Of a stretch of 36,275 bases of DNA, positions 1 to 7,045 are shown in pieces. The position numbers and the translations under genes were made by a program. Every line of letters starts with the position of its first letter. Within the stretch, counting starts at the first letter, position 1. The stretch comes from Pseudomonadota bacterium (lineage in GTDB: Bacteria; Desulfobacterota; Syntrophia; Syntrophales; JADFWA01). The stretch lies in NCBI GenBank assembly GCA_030596145.1, contig JAUVKS010000001.1, positions 1-36,275 on the forward strand, read 5' to 3'. The notes below the pieces were generated by a model, which worked only from the letters and a program-made list of their open reading frames with translations, ran no database searches and was not told the DNA's origin.

Positions 1-836
1 GATATCCTTACATTTTCTCCCATAACAATTGTGCCTGTCTTCTCATCTATGACCACAACTGCAGTGGAGTCGACCGCAACATTAATGTTTTCAACAATCG
101 AGACAAGCTTCACTATACTCCCTTTAAAAGACTCGTTTATATCTATGGCAATGGTAGATGAATCAACAAGCTTCGCTTCCACGCCCGCTATCGCGCCATT
201 TATGGCCTCCGCCACCCCTGTCGCAGTTGTAAAATCGGGCCTATGAAGATTTATGGAGAGTGACTTCCTGTTTTCAAAATTGTACTCCAATTCCCTTTCG
301 ACAAAAGCGCCGTTTGTAATCCGGCCAACAGTCGGATGATTCTTGGAAACTTTAGCGCCTCCCCCGCCTGCGGCAAAACCTCCGGTAGATACCGACCCCT
401 GCGCCACTGCATAGACCCTGCCATCCGCCCCCCGAAGCGGCGTCATAAGAAGAGTCCCTCCCCGCAGGCTGTTTGCATCACCAATGGATGAAACCATAAC
501 GTCTATTCTCGATCCCACCTTGGCGAATGGAGGAAGCTCGGCGCTGATCATAACTGATGCCACATTATCTGAGCTCAGGTCATTTCGGGACTCCTCTTTC
601 ATCCCAAGCCCCTGTCTGCTCAACATATTGGCAAGGGTTTCCTTTGTAAATCCGTTCTCAATATCGTCACCGGTTCCGGCCAGACCAATTACCAGGCCAT
701 AGCCGATCAACTGGTTATCCCTGACCCCGCCGATGCTGGATACATCCTTGATACGTGCAGCATAGGCATGAGACGCAATAACAAAACTAATTGCAAAAGA
801 AATTGCGACATATGTGAAGATTCTTGCTGTCTTCAT
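1..836 (-). CDS. flgI: Flagellar P-ring protein FlgI, N-terminal ~278 codons (3' end beyond window start)
   Basis: Not in ORF track because it is open at the window edge. Hand translation from ATG at 836: MKTARIFTYVAISFAISFVIASHAYAARIKDVSSIGGVRDNQLIGYGLVIGLAGTGD... This is a signal peptide plus the hallmark FlgI N-terminal block. AGGA lies 9 nt upstream. Confidence 0.9.
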   Translation of the reverse strand, partial: MKTARIFTYVAISFAISFVIASHAYAARIKDVSSIGGVRDNQLIGYGLVIGLAGTGDDIENGFTKETLANMLSRQGLGMKEESRNDLSSDNVASVMISAELPPFAKVGSRIDVMVSSIGDANSLRGGTLLMTPLRGADGRVYAVAQGSVSTGGFAAGGGGAKVSKNHPTVGRITNGAFVERELEYNFENRKSLSINLHRPDFTTATGVAEAINGAIAGVEAKLVDSSTIAIDINESFKGSIVKLVSIVENINVAVDSTAVVVIDEKTGTIVMGENVRI

Positions 837-846
837 AAAATCAATC

Positions 847-1593
847 CTAAAACGGCCAGGTCCAATCTACAATGCGCGTCAGCCAGCCCGGTCTCATCTT
901 GTCATTAACAACGCCCTTGCCTGTATAAACAATCTTTGCATCCGCAATGTACTGTGATGATATAACATTGTTCGAGGTAATATCCTCGGGTCTGATAATG
1001 CCGGAAACAACAATGTACTGATCCTCGGCATTTATAGCCAACCGCCGTTTCCCCTCTATGGCCAGATTGCCATTGGAGAGTACCCTGATAACCTTAGCTG
1101 TTATTTTTGCCTCTAATTGACCATCACGGCTCGTTTCGCCCGTACCGTTAAGAGAATTGGAAGACGTGCCTCCCAACCCGATTGACGTACCAAACCTTGT
1201 GTTCTGCTCCATCATCTTTTTTTCCAATCCCAAAAGGCTCGTTATCCCGGCAGTCGTACTCGTATCCCTGCTGGTAGTTGTATCGGCAGAATTGCTGCCT
1301 GAGGAATACTCGTCTATAATTATTGTAATGATATCATCAACACACCTTGCCTTATTATCGGTAAAAAGCAAATTTTTCGCATTTTCGCCGGGCCAGATGG
1401 ATCCTGTGGGCGGAAGCGATATTTTCTCCTTTGGAACCGGAACAGGTTCATCTTTTTTTACCATATTAATATTTGAAGAACATCCGGCAACAACAAGCAG
1501 AAAAATAACACCTAACAACACTATGTCGAGTAGTCGAGTAGTCGAGTAGTCGAGTAGTCGAGTAGTTAAGTGGTTGTTATTGTTTGTTTTCAT
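847..1593 (-). CDS. flgH: Flagellar L-ring lipoprotein FlgH
   Basis: Lipobox VVAG|C. FlgH core present (DDIITIIIDE..., NGNLAIEGKRRLAINAEDQYIVVSGIIRPEDI, YTGKG). ATG is 1 nt after the flgA stop, with an AAGGTGG SD. About 30 N-terminal residues are encoded by the family-A octamer repeat. Confidence 0.9.
   Translation of the reverse strand: MKTNNNNHLTTRLLDYSTTRLLDIVLLGVIFLLVVAGCSSNINMVKKDEPVPVPKEKISLPPTGSIWPGENAKNLLFTDNKARCVDDIITIIIDEYSSGSNSADTTTSRDTSTTAGITSLLGLEKKMMEQNTRFGTSIGLGGTSSNSLNGTGETSRDGQLEAKITAKVIRVLSNGNLAIEGKRRLAINAEDQYIVVSGIIRPEDITSNNVISSQYIADAKIVYTGKGVVNDKMRPGWLTRIVDWTWPF
1525..1573. repeat. Family A octamer tandem (GTCGAGTA x5 plus variant) inside the flgH 5' coding end
   Basis: gtcgagta repeated 5 times perfectly, then gttaagtgg. 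Translated as TTRLLDYSTTRLLDYSTTRLLD. Confidence 0.95.
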
Positions 1594-1594
1594 A

Positions 1595-2356
1595 TTAAAA
1601 ACCCACCTTCACGAGAGAATTACCCGTCACTCTGGCATAAATCATATTTTTAGATGATACATTTCTGACCTTTATCAATTCCCCATGCAGTCCATCCTGC
1701 TCTGAGAGTCCAATGGTCGTTATTCTAATCGGACCGTTTTCAAAAACAATTCTTACCGGCTTCCCCCTCTTTACCATTGGTATGCTTCTCACCATATTCC
1801 CGGTTATTTCGGTATTTGGTTTAATATTGGTGCGAAGCTTCATACCCACAACAGCATCAGGGTTCGAAATAATATTTGATGGCAAGCGGTTAAACCACCT
1901 TTTGACCAATCTGACATCATCACGGTTAATCCTGACATTTTTAGGAAGAGACTTTGTGCTGACCACAACATCCATCAGCACTTCTATCCTTACTCTGACG
2001 GTTTTCCCATTCAGAAATGAGTCATTTTCATAACACCTGACGGTAAAGGAAGAATTTCCGATAAAATCCTCATTCCTTCTGCTCAGGACCCGACAGGTAA
2101 TTTTTTTCCCTGTCAGGCTCAAATCAGACACCCTGCCGGAAAATTCTACCCGCACAACGCTTTTCGGCCAGGGCATGTTATTTTCAATATATGTCCTGAC
2201 AAGCCCCTCTATCGTCTGCCCTTTTATTACTACTACGGGAGCCGCGCACAGATGAGTGTTGAAAAGAAACAGGAAAACAACAATCGCAATTAAGAAAGAT
2301 CTCGTTAAGTGGTCAAGTAGTCGAGTGGTCGAGTGGTTGTTATTATTTGATTTCAT
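1595..2356 (-). CDS. flgA: Flagellar P-ring assembly chaperone FlgA
   Basis: 253 aa with a hydrophobic signal-like segment and a C-terminal FlgA/SAF-like region (GKPVRIVFENGPIRITTIGLSEQDGLHGELIKVRN). Sits between flgG and flgH. The N-terminus is encoded by a family-A repeat. Confidence 0.8.
   Translation of the reverse strand: MKSNNNNHSTTRLLDHLTRSFLIAIVVFLFLFNTHLCAAPVVVIKGQTIEGLVRTYIENNMPWPKSVVRVEFSGRVSDLSLTGKKITCRVLSRRNEDFIGNSSFTVRCYENDSFLNGKTVRVRIEVLMDVVVSTKSLPKNVRINRDDVRLVKRWFNRLPSNIISNPDAVVGMKLRTNIKPNTEITGNMVRSIPMVKRGKPVRIVFENGPIRITTIGLSEQDGLHGELIKVRNVSSKNMIYARVTGNSLVKVGF
2311..2347. repeat. 37-nt family A element inside the flgA 5' coding end, identical to 24361-24397
   Basis: ggtcaagtagtcgagtggtcgagtggttgttattatt occurs identically at both loci. 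It is coding here and non-coding in the flgE leader. Confidence 0.95.
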
Positions 2357-2385
2357 ATCGTTTACCTGAATTTGAGCAATTAGCT

Positions 2386-2448
2386 ATTAGGATTAAGGAT
2401 TAGAGGATTATTTCCTTACTTCTTACTCCTTTAATCCTTAATCCTTAA
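2386..2448. repeat. Hairpin of AGGATTA-type repeats (family H) between flgG and flgA
   Basis: ttaggattaaggattagagga ... tcctttaatccttaatccttaa are reverse-complementary arms. Confidence 0.9.
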
Positions 2449-2451
2449 AAC

Positions 2452-3234
2452 TTACCTCTTGAGGCCGTTAGCCATCTGCAGCATCTCATCCGCTGCCTGG
2501 ATTGCCTTTGAATTTATCTCGTATGCTCTCTGGCCTACAATCATCTTGACCATCTCATCCACAACATTTACATTTGACATCTCTAAAAAATGCTGTGAAA
2601 TGGTGCCGAACCCCTCTTCTCCGGGATTTCCGACAGTGGCGTCACCGGAGGATTCCGTCATATCATAGAGATTTCTCCCCAAACTGGTAAGTCCCGCGGG
2701 GTTGATAAACCTGGCAAGCTCTATCCTGCCGCTTGCCAGAGCAGCGCCGTCCTCATCGGTTGCCGTCCATGTGCCTCCGCTGTCAACGGTAAAATGTACC
2801 ATTTCCATAGGTATGTCCACTGCAGGTATCAATTTAAGCCCTTCGGAATTACACAAAGCACCATCCATATCCATCTTGAAATTGCCCGCCCGTGTGTAAA
2901 CCGTGCGCCCATTATCGTCAAGCTGGAAAAAGCCATCCCCTTCTATAGCAAAGTCGAATGTATTGTCCGTCTGCATATAGTCACCCTGGGTAAACATTTT
3001 TTGAACAGCCACCGGTTTTACGCCCATACCGATCTCTATACCCACCGGCAACTGACCTCCGCCGGATGTCTCAGCCCCTGATTTCGAATATAACTGATAC
3101 ATAAGATCCTGAAAATCGGCCCTTGCCTTTTTAAATCCCACGGTATTGATATTGGCCAGGTTGTTCGCAACAACGTCCTGGCTTATTTGTTGTGCCTCCA
3201 TGCCGGTTGCGGCTGTCCATAAAGCCCTTATCAT
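2452..3234 (-). CDS. flgG: Distal rod protein FlgG
   Basis: N-terminal MIRALWTAATGMEAQQ...VANNLANINTVGFK and C-terminal LEMSNVNVVDEMVKMIVGQRAYEINSKAIQ rod/hook motifs; 260 aa. Confidence 0.92.
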   Translation of the reverse strand: MIRALWTAATGMEAQQISQDVVANNLANINTVGFKKARADFQDLMYQLYSKSGAETSGGGQLPVGIEIGMGVKPVAVQKMFTQGDYMQTDNTFDFAIEGDGFFQLDDNGRTVYTRAGNFKMDMDGALCNSEGLKLIPAVDIPMEMVHFTVDSGGTWTATDEDGAALASGRIELARFINPAGLTSLGRNLYDMTESSGDATVGNPGEEGFGTISQHFLEMSNVNVVDEMVKMIVGQRAYEINSKAIQAADEMLQMANGLKR

Positions 3235-3254
3235 GTTAATCCTCCCTTAAGTTT

Positions 3255-3357
3255 AGTCGAGTGGTCAAGTAGTCGAGTAGTTGAGTAGTCGAGTAGTCGA
3301 GTAGTTGAGTAGTTGACTAATCCCAACTCGACTATTTTCCTACTCGACCACTCGACC
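3255..3357. repeat. Family A forward array followed by a reverse array (long imperfect hairpin), flgF-flgG spacer
   Basis: agtcgagtggtcaagtagtcgagtagttgagtagtcgagtagtcgagtagttgagtagttgac ... ctcgactattttcctactcgaccactcgacc. Confidence 0.95.
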
Positions 3358-3366
3358 CTGTGCAGG

Positions 3367-4076
3367 TTACAGTTTCCCGATGCGGTTTGTTGACGATCTG
3401 TCCTGTTCCGATATAGTATGAATCGCTTTCTGGTACGATTCAAAAGTGCGCTGTATATTGATCATTTCAACCATTTCTTTTATAATCTGGACATTGGAAA
3501 GCTCAAGGTATCCGGATTGGACACGTGCATTTTCTTCCTCTTTTGCGCCCGCTAAATCATCAGGATTACGAAAACCTACGCCTCGTTTAACAAGAGCAGA
3601 CGGTTCGCGAAAGCTCATGATCTTCAATGCATCAACTTCATCGCCATCCACACTTATCACGCCATCTTGGCTTATCCGGATGTTGTTTCCCTCAATTGTA
3701 ATTTTTCCACCTCTACCAAGGAGATAATCTCCGGCCTGTGTAACCAGCTCTCCATCCCCGTTGAGCGTAAACCTTCCATCTCTCGTATAGGCAACGCCGG
3801 CTTTTGTCTGAACAGCAAAAATCCCTTCCCGTCTATTACCAGATCCAGAACATTGCCGGTTTTCTGCATAATTCCCCGGGAATAATCGACAGTTGTTGCC
3901 GGTCCCTGCGCGGGTCTGCCTTCATCCGCCCCCTTTTCGGAGCTTGCCTTTAAAAAATGGAACCGCTCTGCCTTGAAACCGGGAGTGTTAACATTGGCAA
4001 TATTATGCGTGACGCAATTAAGCTGGCTAATCTGCCTTATAGCCGCATTTACCATTATTTCGATACCGTTGATCAT
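3367..4076 (-). pseudogene. flgF: Proximal rod protein FlgF-like, reading frame broken by a 1-nt indel in an A5/T5 run (3817-3821)
   Basis: ORF 3672-4127 gives the N-terminus MINGIEIMVNAAIRQISQLNCVTHNIANVNTPGFK (ATG 4076, GGGAGG SD). ORF 3367-3660 gives the C-terminus LELSNVQIIKEMVEMINIQRTFESYQK. Its frame stays open upstream and reads IFAVQTKAGVAYTRDGRFTLNGDGELVTQAGDYLLGRGGKITIEGNNIRISQDG, typical rod-protein sequence. Confidence 0.8.
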
Positions 4077-4147
4077 CTTTCCTGCCTCCCTTTCCTGCAC
4101 ACAAAAATAAAGCAATTTGTATGCCAAAAGAGCTAAGAGCGTGGAGC

Positions 4148-4323
4148 GGAGGGCAGAAGGGCAGAAGATTAGAGGGTTAGAGGGTTAGAGGGTTAGAGGT
4201 CGGGAGGCAGGCAATTTTGTTTATAACAGGAATTTTTTTCCCATTTGGTTGGCTCTTTTATAAAGGTAGTCGACCAGTTCACGGTTCAAGGTTGCTGGTT
4301 ACTGGTTGTCTAATCTTTTGACC
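4148..4323. repeat. Family C' (AGGGTTAG x3) plus a B-D-C module; spacer upstream of flgF
   Basis: gggcagaagggcagaagattagagggttagagggttagagggttagagg at 4148-4207. cagttcacggttcaaggttgctggttactggttgtctaatc at 4275-4323, containing the stop of ORF 4299-4640. Confidence 0.9.
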
Positions 4324-4640
4324 TTCTGCTCTTCTGCCATCACCTTCTCACCCTCCGGCCCCTGCTCTCTGTACCGTTCATTGAGCGAATAAACAAAGGC
4401 CAATATTTCCGCAACAGCTTTGTAAAGCTCAGGAGGAATCTGTTCATCTATATCAAGCCGGCTCAGGATCTGCGCCAGCGCAGGATCTTCTTTTACAGGC
4501 ACCTTATGTTTTTTTGCGAGTTCTATAATCTTTTCAGCAATGACGCCACTTCCCTTGGCTGTGACCCTCGGCGCCGAATCTCTTTTTCCGTCATATTTTA
4601 GGGCAGCGGCAATTGTTGTCTCTTTTTTGTCTTTGTTCAT
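4299..4640 (-). CDS. Stand-alone FlhB C-terminal-domain homologue (EscU/YscU/FlhB-CC-like; YlqH/FlhX type)
   Basis: AAALKYDGKRDSAPRVTAKGSGVIAEKIIELAKKHKVPVKEDPALAQIL...IPPELYKAVAEILAFVYSL aligns with FlhB in this window (LAVALRYDQTSTSAPKVVAKGAGFIAENIKDIARKNDVPIVNNKPLARVL...IPENLYRAVAEVLAFVYS). It starts just after where NPTH would be. Confidence 0.85.
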   Translation of the reverse strand: MNKDKKETTIAAALKYDGKRDSAPRVTAKGSGVIAEKIIELAKKHKVPVKEDPALAQILSRLDIDEQIPPELYKAVAEILAFVYSLNERYREQGPEGEKVMAEEQKVKRLDNQ

Positions 4641-4649
4641 AAAAACACC

Positions 4650-4910
4650 GTAACCGTTCAGAGGTTCAGACTTGCCTGCGGCAGGCAGAGGTTCAAGGTT
4701 CAGAGGTTCAGGATAAAGCTATTAGACATTAGCCATTAGCTCTTAGTCCGCCAGAGCCCTTTGGCGGATTAACTGTTTGATTTTTTAAGCTAAAGGCTAA
4801 TTGCTAAAAGCTAACTGCTAACAATCTTTGATTTGAAAATATTGGTGCATAGCAGTTAGCCCTGCGCTCCAAGAAAAACAACCCTGAACCTCTGAACCCT
4901 GAACGGTTAC
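4650..4910. repeat. ~260-nt nested multi-arm palindrome filling the spacer between the FliK-like and FlhB-C-like genes
   Basis: Outer arms are gtaaccgttcagaggttcag (4650-4669) and ctgaacctctgaaccctgaacggttac (4884-4910). Middle arms are ATTAGC-type and GCTAA-type arrays. Inner palindromes are tgcctgcggcaggca (4673-4687) and tccgcca-N8-tggcgga (4747-4768). Confidence 0.9.
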
Positions 4911-4918
4911 CCTTTATT

Positions 4919-6013
4919 TCACGCCAAAATATCCACGCCCTCCAGGGAAAACAGGTTTTGAACGTCGCGATATTCATCCTTTATTTTTAAATCATCCTTC
5001 TCTGTCACACACGTTAAATAATCTATGTCATATCCTAAAGCCGTGAGCTTTTCTCCAAGTTCTTCTAAAAACAATCTAATAAAATTACATATATTTTCAT
5101 CCTTACATTTCAATACACAGCTTATTTTTTTAGCCTTGATTTTCGCTTCAACAGTAATGTTGCCCAGGGCATCCATATCCAGCAGAAACAGAACTTTCTT
5201 CTCTTCCCGGCGGCCTTTGCCCTTTGAATCCCGATCTCCAAATTTCACAAATATCTCCGCCAGACCCATATTCTCCGGAAACAGCAGAGGAACCTGGAAC
5301 ATATATTTACCCTCATATTCCTGAAACAAATAATTTATCACCTGATGAGAGTTAATTATTTGCAAAGAGGAACGGACAAATCCGGCAAGTTTTTCCGCTG
5401 CGGGAAAATTTCTATTTTCCATCAACGACTGAAGCCTGCCGGACATCCTTATCAAGAGTTCCTTCAGGTTTTTAGAGGGATTCTTTACCTTCTCCATCAA
5501 GTAACCGAATTTGTGGACATAATCTCTAAAGAAGAAAGGTTTTTTTAAACTTTCCCTGGAAAATATCAACGATTCTAATATATTTTGTATATTCTTGACA
5601 TCTTCCTTTCCGAGATGCGCTGCAAGCTTCCCTAAATTTTCAGGACTGAACCTGCCTGTCCCTTCTATGAAAAACTCAAAAAGAGCTTTCGGGTTTGAAC
5701 GGTAAAATCTCAAACAATACATTAACCTGGAATTTTGCGATATTTCATTATGAACAATACGAAGGATAACACCGGGATGCAACTGTTCCACCTTTACCGC
5801 AACCTTTTCGCCTTTCTTAAGCGGCAGCTCGGAATCTGCCATAACTCTGCTGTTTTTCAGCAAAATCAGCGTTTTCCCGTAACGAGTGGTTTCCATGATT
5901 TCCGCTTCCACCACTTCGCCAACGGAAAGAGGAGGCAAAAATGCCGCTTTTTTTTGAATTTGCAACAGGTAATTTAGTTTATGGGATGCTATTGTGGGAG
6001 GAAGAATTTTCAT
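4919..6013 (-). CDS. Hypothetical protein with a FliK-like (Flg_hook-type) C-terminal region
   Basis: 364 aa. LFLLDMDALGNITVEAKIKAKKISCVLKCKDENICNFIRLFLEELGEKLTALGYDIDYLTCV parallels this window's FliK segment ITLNPPRLGTLDVDVLVRDNKVHVILQTENNDVRQILQSNVESLKSSLRNHGLVADTINV. The resemblance was judged by eye only. Confidence 0.5.
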   Translation of the reverse strand: MKILPPTIASHKLNYLLQIQKKAAFLPPLSVGEVVEAEIMETTRYGKTLILLKNSRVMADSELPLKKGEKVAVKVEQLHPGVILRIVHNEISQNSRLMYCLRFYRSNPKALFEFFIEGTGRFSPENLGKLAAHLGKEDVKNIQNILESLIFSRESLKKPFFFRDYVHKFGYLMEKVKNPSKNLKELLIRMSGRLQSLMENRNFPAAEKLAGFVRSSLQIINSHQVINYLFQEYEGKYMFQVPLLFPENMGLAEIFVKFGDRDSKGKGRREEKKVLFLLDMDALGNITVEAKIKAKKISCVLKCKDENICNFIRLFLEELGEKLTALGYDIDYLTCVTEKDDLKIKDEYRDVQNLFSLEGVDILA

Positions 6014-6482
6014 TCTTTTTTCGATGAAGATCTAAAATAAGACATATCTCTCCTTCAGTTAGATTCAACGTATCGGCTATCTCTTTTTCAGTTAGACCTT
6101 GCCGGGCCATTTTTACAACATCTTCATACTTTTCCCCGCGGCTTGAATCTCCTGACTTTCGGTCTTCGGACATGGCATCTGATTCTTTTATGAGGGTCCT
6201 CAATCGATTCTCTTTTTCATTCAGGACATATACGAACTCCTTTACTTCATTCAAAGCATGAAAAAGACGATCTGTAGAATGCCGGGAGTTTTCAATCAAC
6301 TTGCTGAATTCAGAAAAATTTTTTGCGCCTATTCCCTGCGGTCTCTTTTTTATTTCCCTGTTTACCGCCCGGATGAGAAATACAATGGCAAGGCACAGCG
6401 CTATATCTGCAAGGATCTGAAGTCCCAACATAAACTCTATGCTCATCAATCCCAGCATTCCAGCATTCCTCAATCCCAGCAT
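5979..6482 (-). CDS. Hypothetical single-pass membrane protein with coiled-coil and short C-terminal HTH-like segment
   Basis: TM segment LQILADIALCLAIVFLI; C-terminal GLTEKEIADTLNLTEGEICLILDL. The first ~17 codons (MLGLRNAGMLGL...) lie in a short repeat, so the true start may be 6446 or 6431. Overlaps the next ORF by 35 nt. Confidence 0.5.
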   Translation of the reverse strand: MLGLRNAGMLGLMSIEFMLGLQILADIALCLAIVFLIRAVNREIKKRPQGIGAKNFSEFSKLIENSRHSTDRLFHALNEVKEFVYVLNEKENRLRTLIKESDAMSEDRKSGDSSRGEKYEDVVKMARQGLTEKEIADTLNLTEGEICLILDLHRKKNENSSSHNSIP

Positions 6483-6495
6483 TTCAGCATTCCCT
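6441..6495. repeat. Short CCCAGCATT-type repeats at the 5' end of ORF 5979-6482
   Basis: cccagcattccagcattcctcaatcccagcatttcagcattcc. Confidence 0.8.
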
Positions 6496-6798
6496 TCATA
6501 CCTTTATATCTACTTTTCCCATGGGTTCATCATCATCAGCAGGGCCATCTTTTTTCTTCTTTGCGCTATTTTCTTCCGTGTTCTTTTCCCTCTTGCCCCG
6601 CTCCTCTTCCTCCCTGATCATAAGTCTCTCAGATTCTTCAAGGTCTTTAACTTTTTCTCTCAGCTCCCTCTTCTCTTCGGCTAATTGAGCTTCAAAATGG
6701 TTCTGCTGAACATCGGCCTGTTGCTGTTGAACCTGTTGGACACGTTCAACTGCGCTGGATTGCAATAATACCTGTTGCACATCAAGCGATCTGACCAT
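6496..6798 (-). CDS. Hypothetical small Gln/Glu/Lys-rich protein
   Basis: 100-aa ORF (MVRSLDVQQVLLQSSAVERVQQVQQQQADVQQ...EEEERGKREK). Low complexity; no motif I recognise. Preceded by a sigma-28-like promoter. Confidence 0.4.
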   Translation of the reverse strand: MVRSLDVQQVLLQSSAVERVQQVQQQQADVQQNHFEAQLAEEKRELREKVKDLEESERLMIREEEERGKREKNTEENSAKKKKDGPADDDEPMGKVDIKV

Positions 6799-6813
6799 GA
6801 CTTCTGCACCTCC

Positions 6814-6893
6814 TTAGGGTTCAGGGGGTTCAGGGTTCAGAGGTTCAGGGTTCTCTGATATCTAATCTTCTCACCTTCTCACCCTCTAATCCC
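6814..6893. repeat. Family B (GGTTCAGG) then family C (CTTCTCACC/CTAATC) arrays
   Basis: ttagggttcagggggttcagggttcagaggttcagggttc ... tctaatcttctcaccttctcaccctctaatccc. Confidence 0.9.
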
Positions 6894-6912
6894 GTGCCCC
6901 CTACTAATTGTC

Positions 6913-6940
6913 TTATCGTCACAATCTATTATAATCTTTA
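6913..6940 (-). promoter_or_regulatory. Sigma-28 (FliA) promoter candidate
   Basis: Minus strand reads TAAAGATT-N12-GACGATAA against consensus TAAAGTTT-N11-GCCGATAA (7/8 and 7/8, spacer +1). About 115 nt upstream of ORF 6496-6798. Confidence 0.4.
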
Positions 6941-6946
6941 GCCGTT

Positions 6947-7045
6947 CGCTTAATTGCGAATTTAGGGATTTAGGGATTTAGGAATTAAAGGTATTCTGTT
7001 GATTTCAATCCCTCAATCCCTCAATCCCCCAATTCCTTAATCCCT
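6947..7045. repeat. Family E hairpin (GGATTTAG array / CCTCAATC array); right arm contains the stop of ORF 7037-7819
   Basis: gcttaattgcgaatttagggatttagggatttaggaatt ... caatccctcaatccctcaatcccccaattcc. The left arm is ~90% identical to the reverse complement of 26838-26871. Confidence 0.9.

Noticed and set aside
3231-3443. ORFs whose translations are periodic (STTRLLDYSTTRLLD, LLVTGCELLVAGC, FSHSTFDVGRS and similar), e.g. 3231-3443, 13787-13993, 17486-17857, 20097-20437, 33480-33726
   Set aside because: They are read-throughs of the 7-8 nt tandem arrays and dispersed elements. The periodic peptide simply mirrors the DNA period, and there are no start-site signals.
3815-3825. Programmed -1 ribosomal frameshift in flgF (and +1 in the response regulator)
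   Set aside because: There is no canonical X-XXY-YYZ slippery heptamer with a downstream structure, and there is no precedent for rod proteins. Two independent single-base problems, both in homopolymer runs, point to consensus error or decay. Kept only as an alternative in the findings.
4077-4127. N-terminal extensions given by the ORF track (flgF 4127, motA 22759, fliP 17425, fliN 18537, motB 21139, motB-like 21858)
   Set aside because: Several of these use TTG starts (fliP 17425, motB 21139, motB-like 21858, motA 22759); the others rest on poorly positioned start codons. They add residues that read through repeats or promoter-like sequence. Downstream ATGs give canonical family N-termini, in several cases with good SD sequences.
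6496-6798. Small ORF downstream of fliA as the anti-sigma factor FlgM
   Set aside because: The size fits, but the sequence lacks the FlgM C-terminal sigma-28-binding pattern. The composition is Gln/Glu/Lys low complexity. Left as hypothetical.
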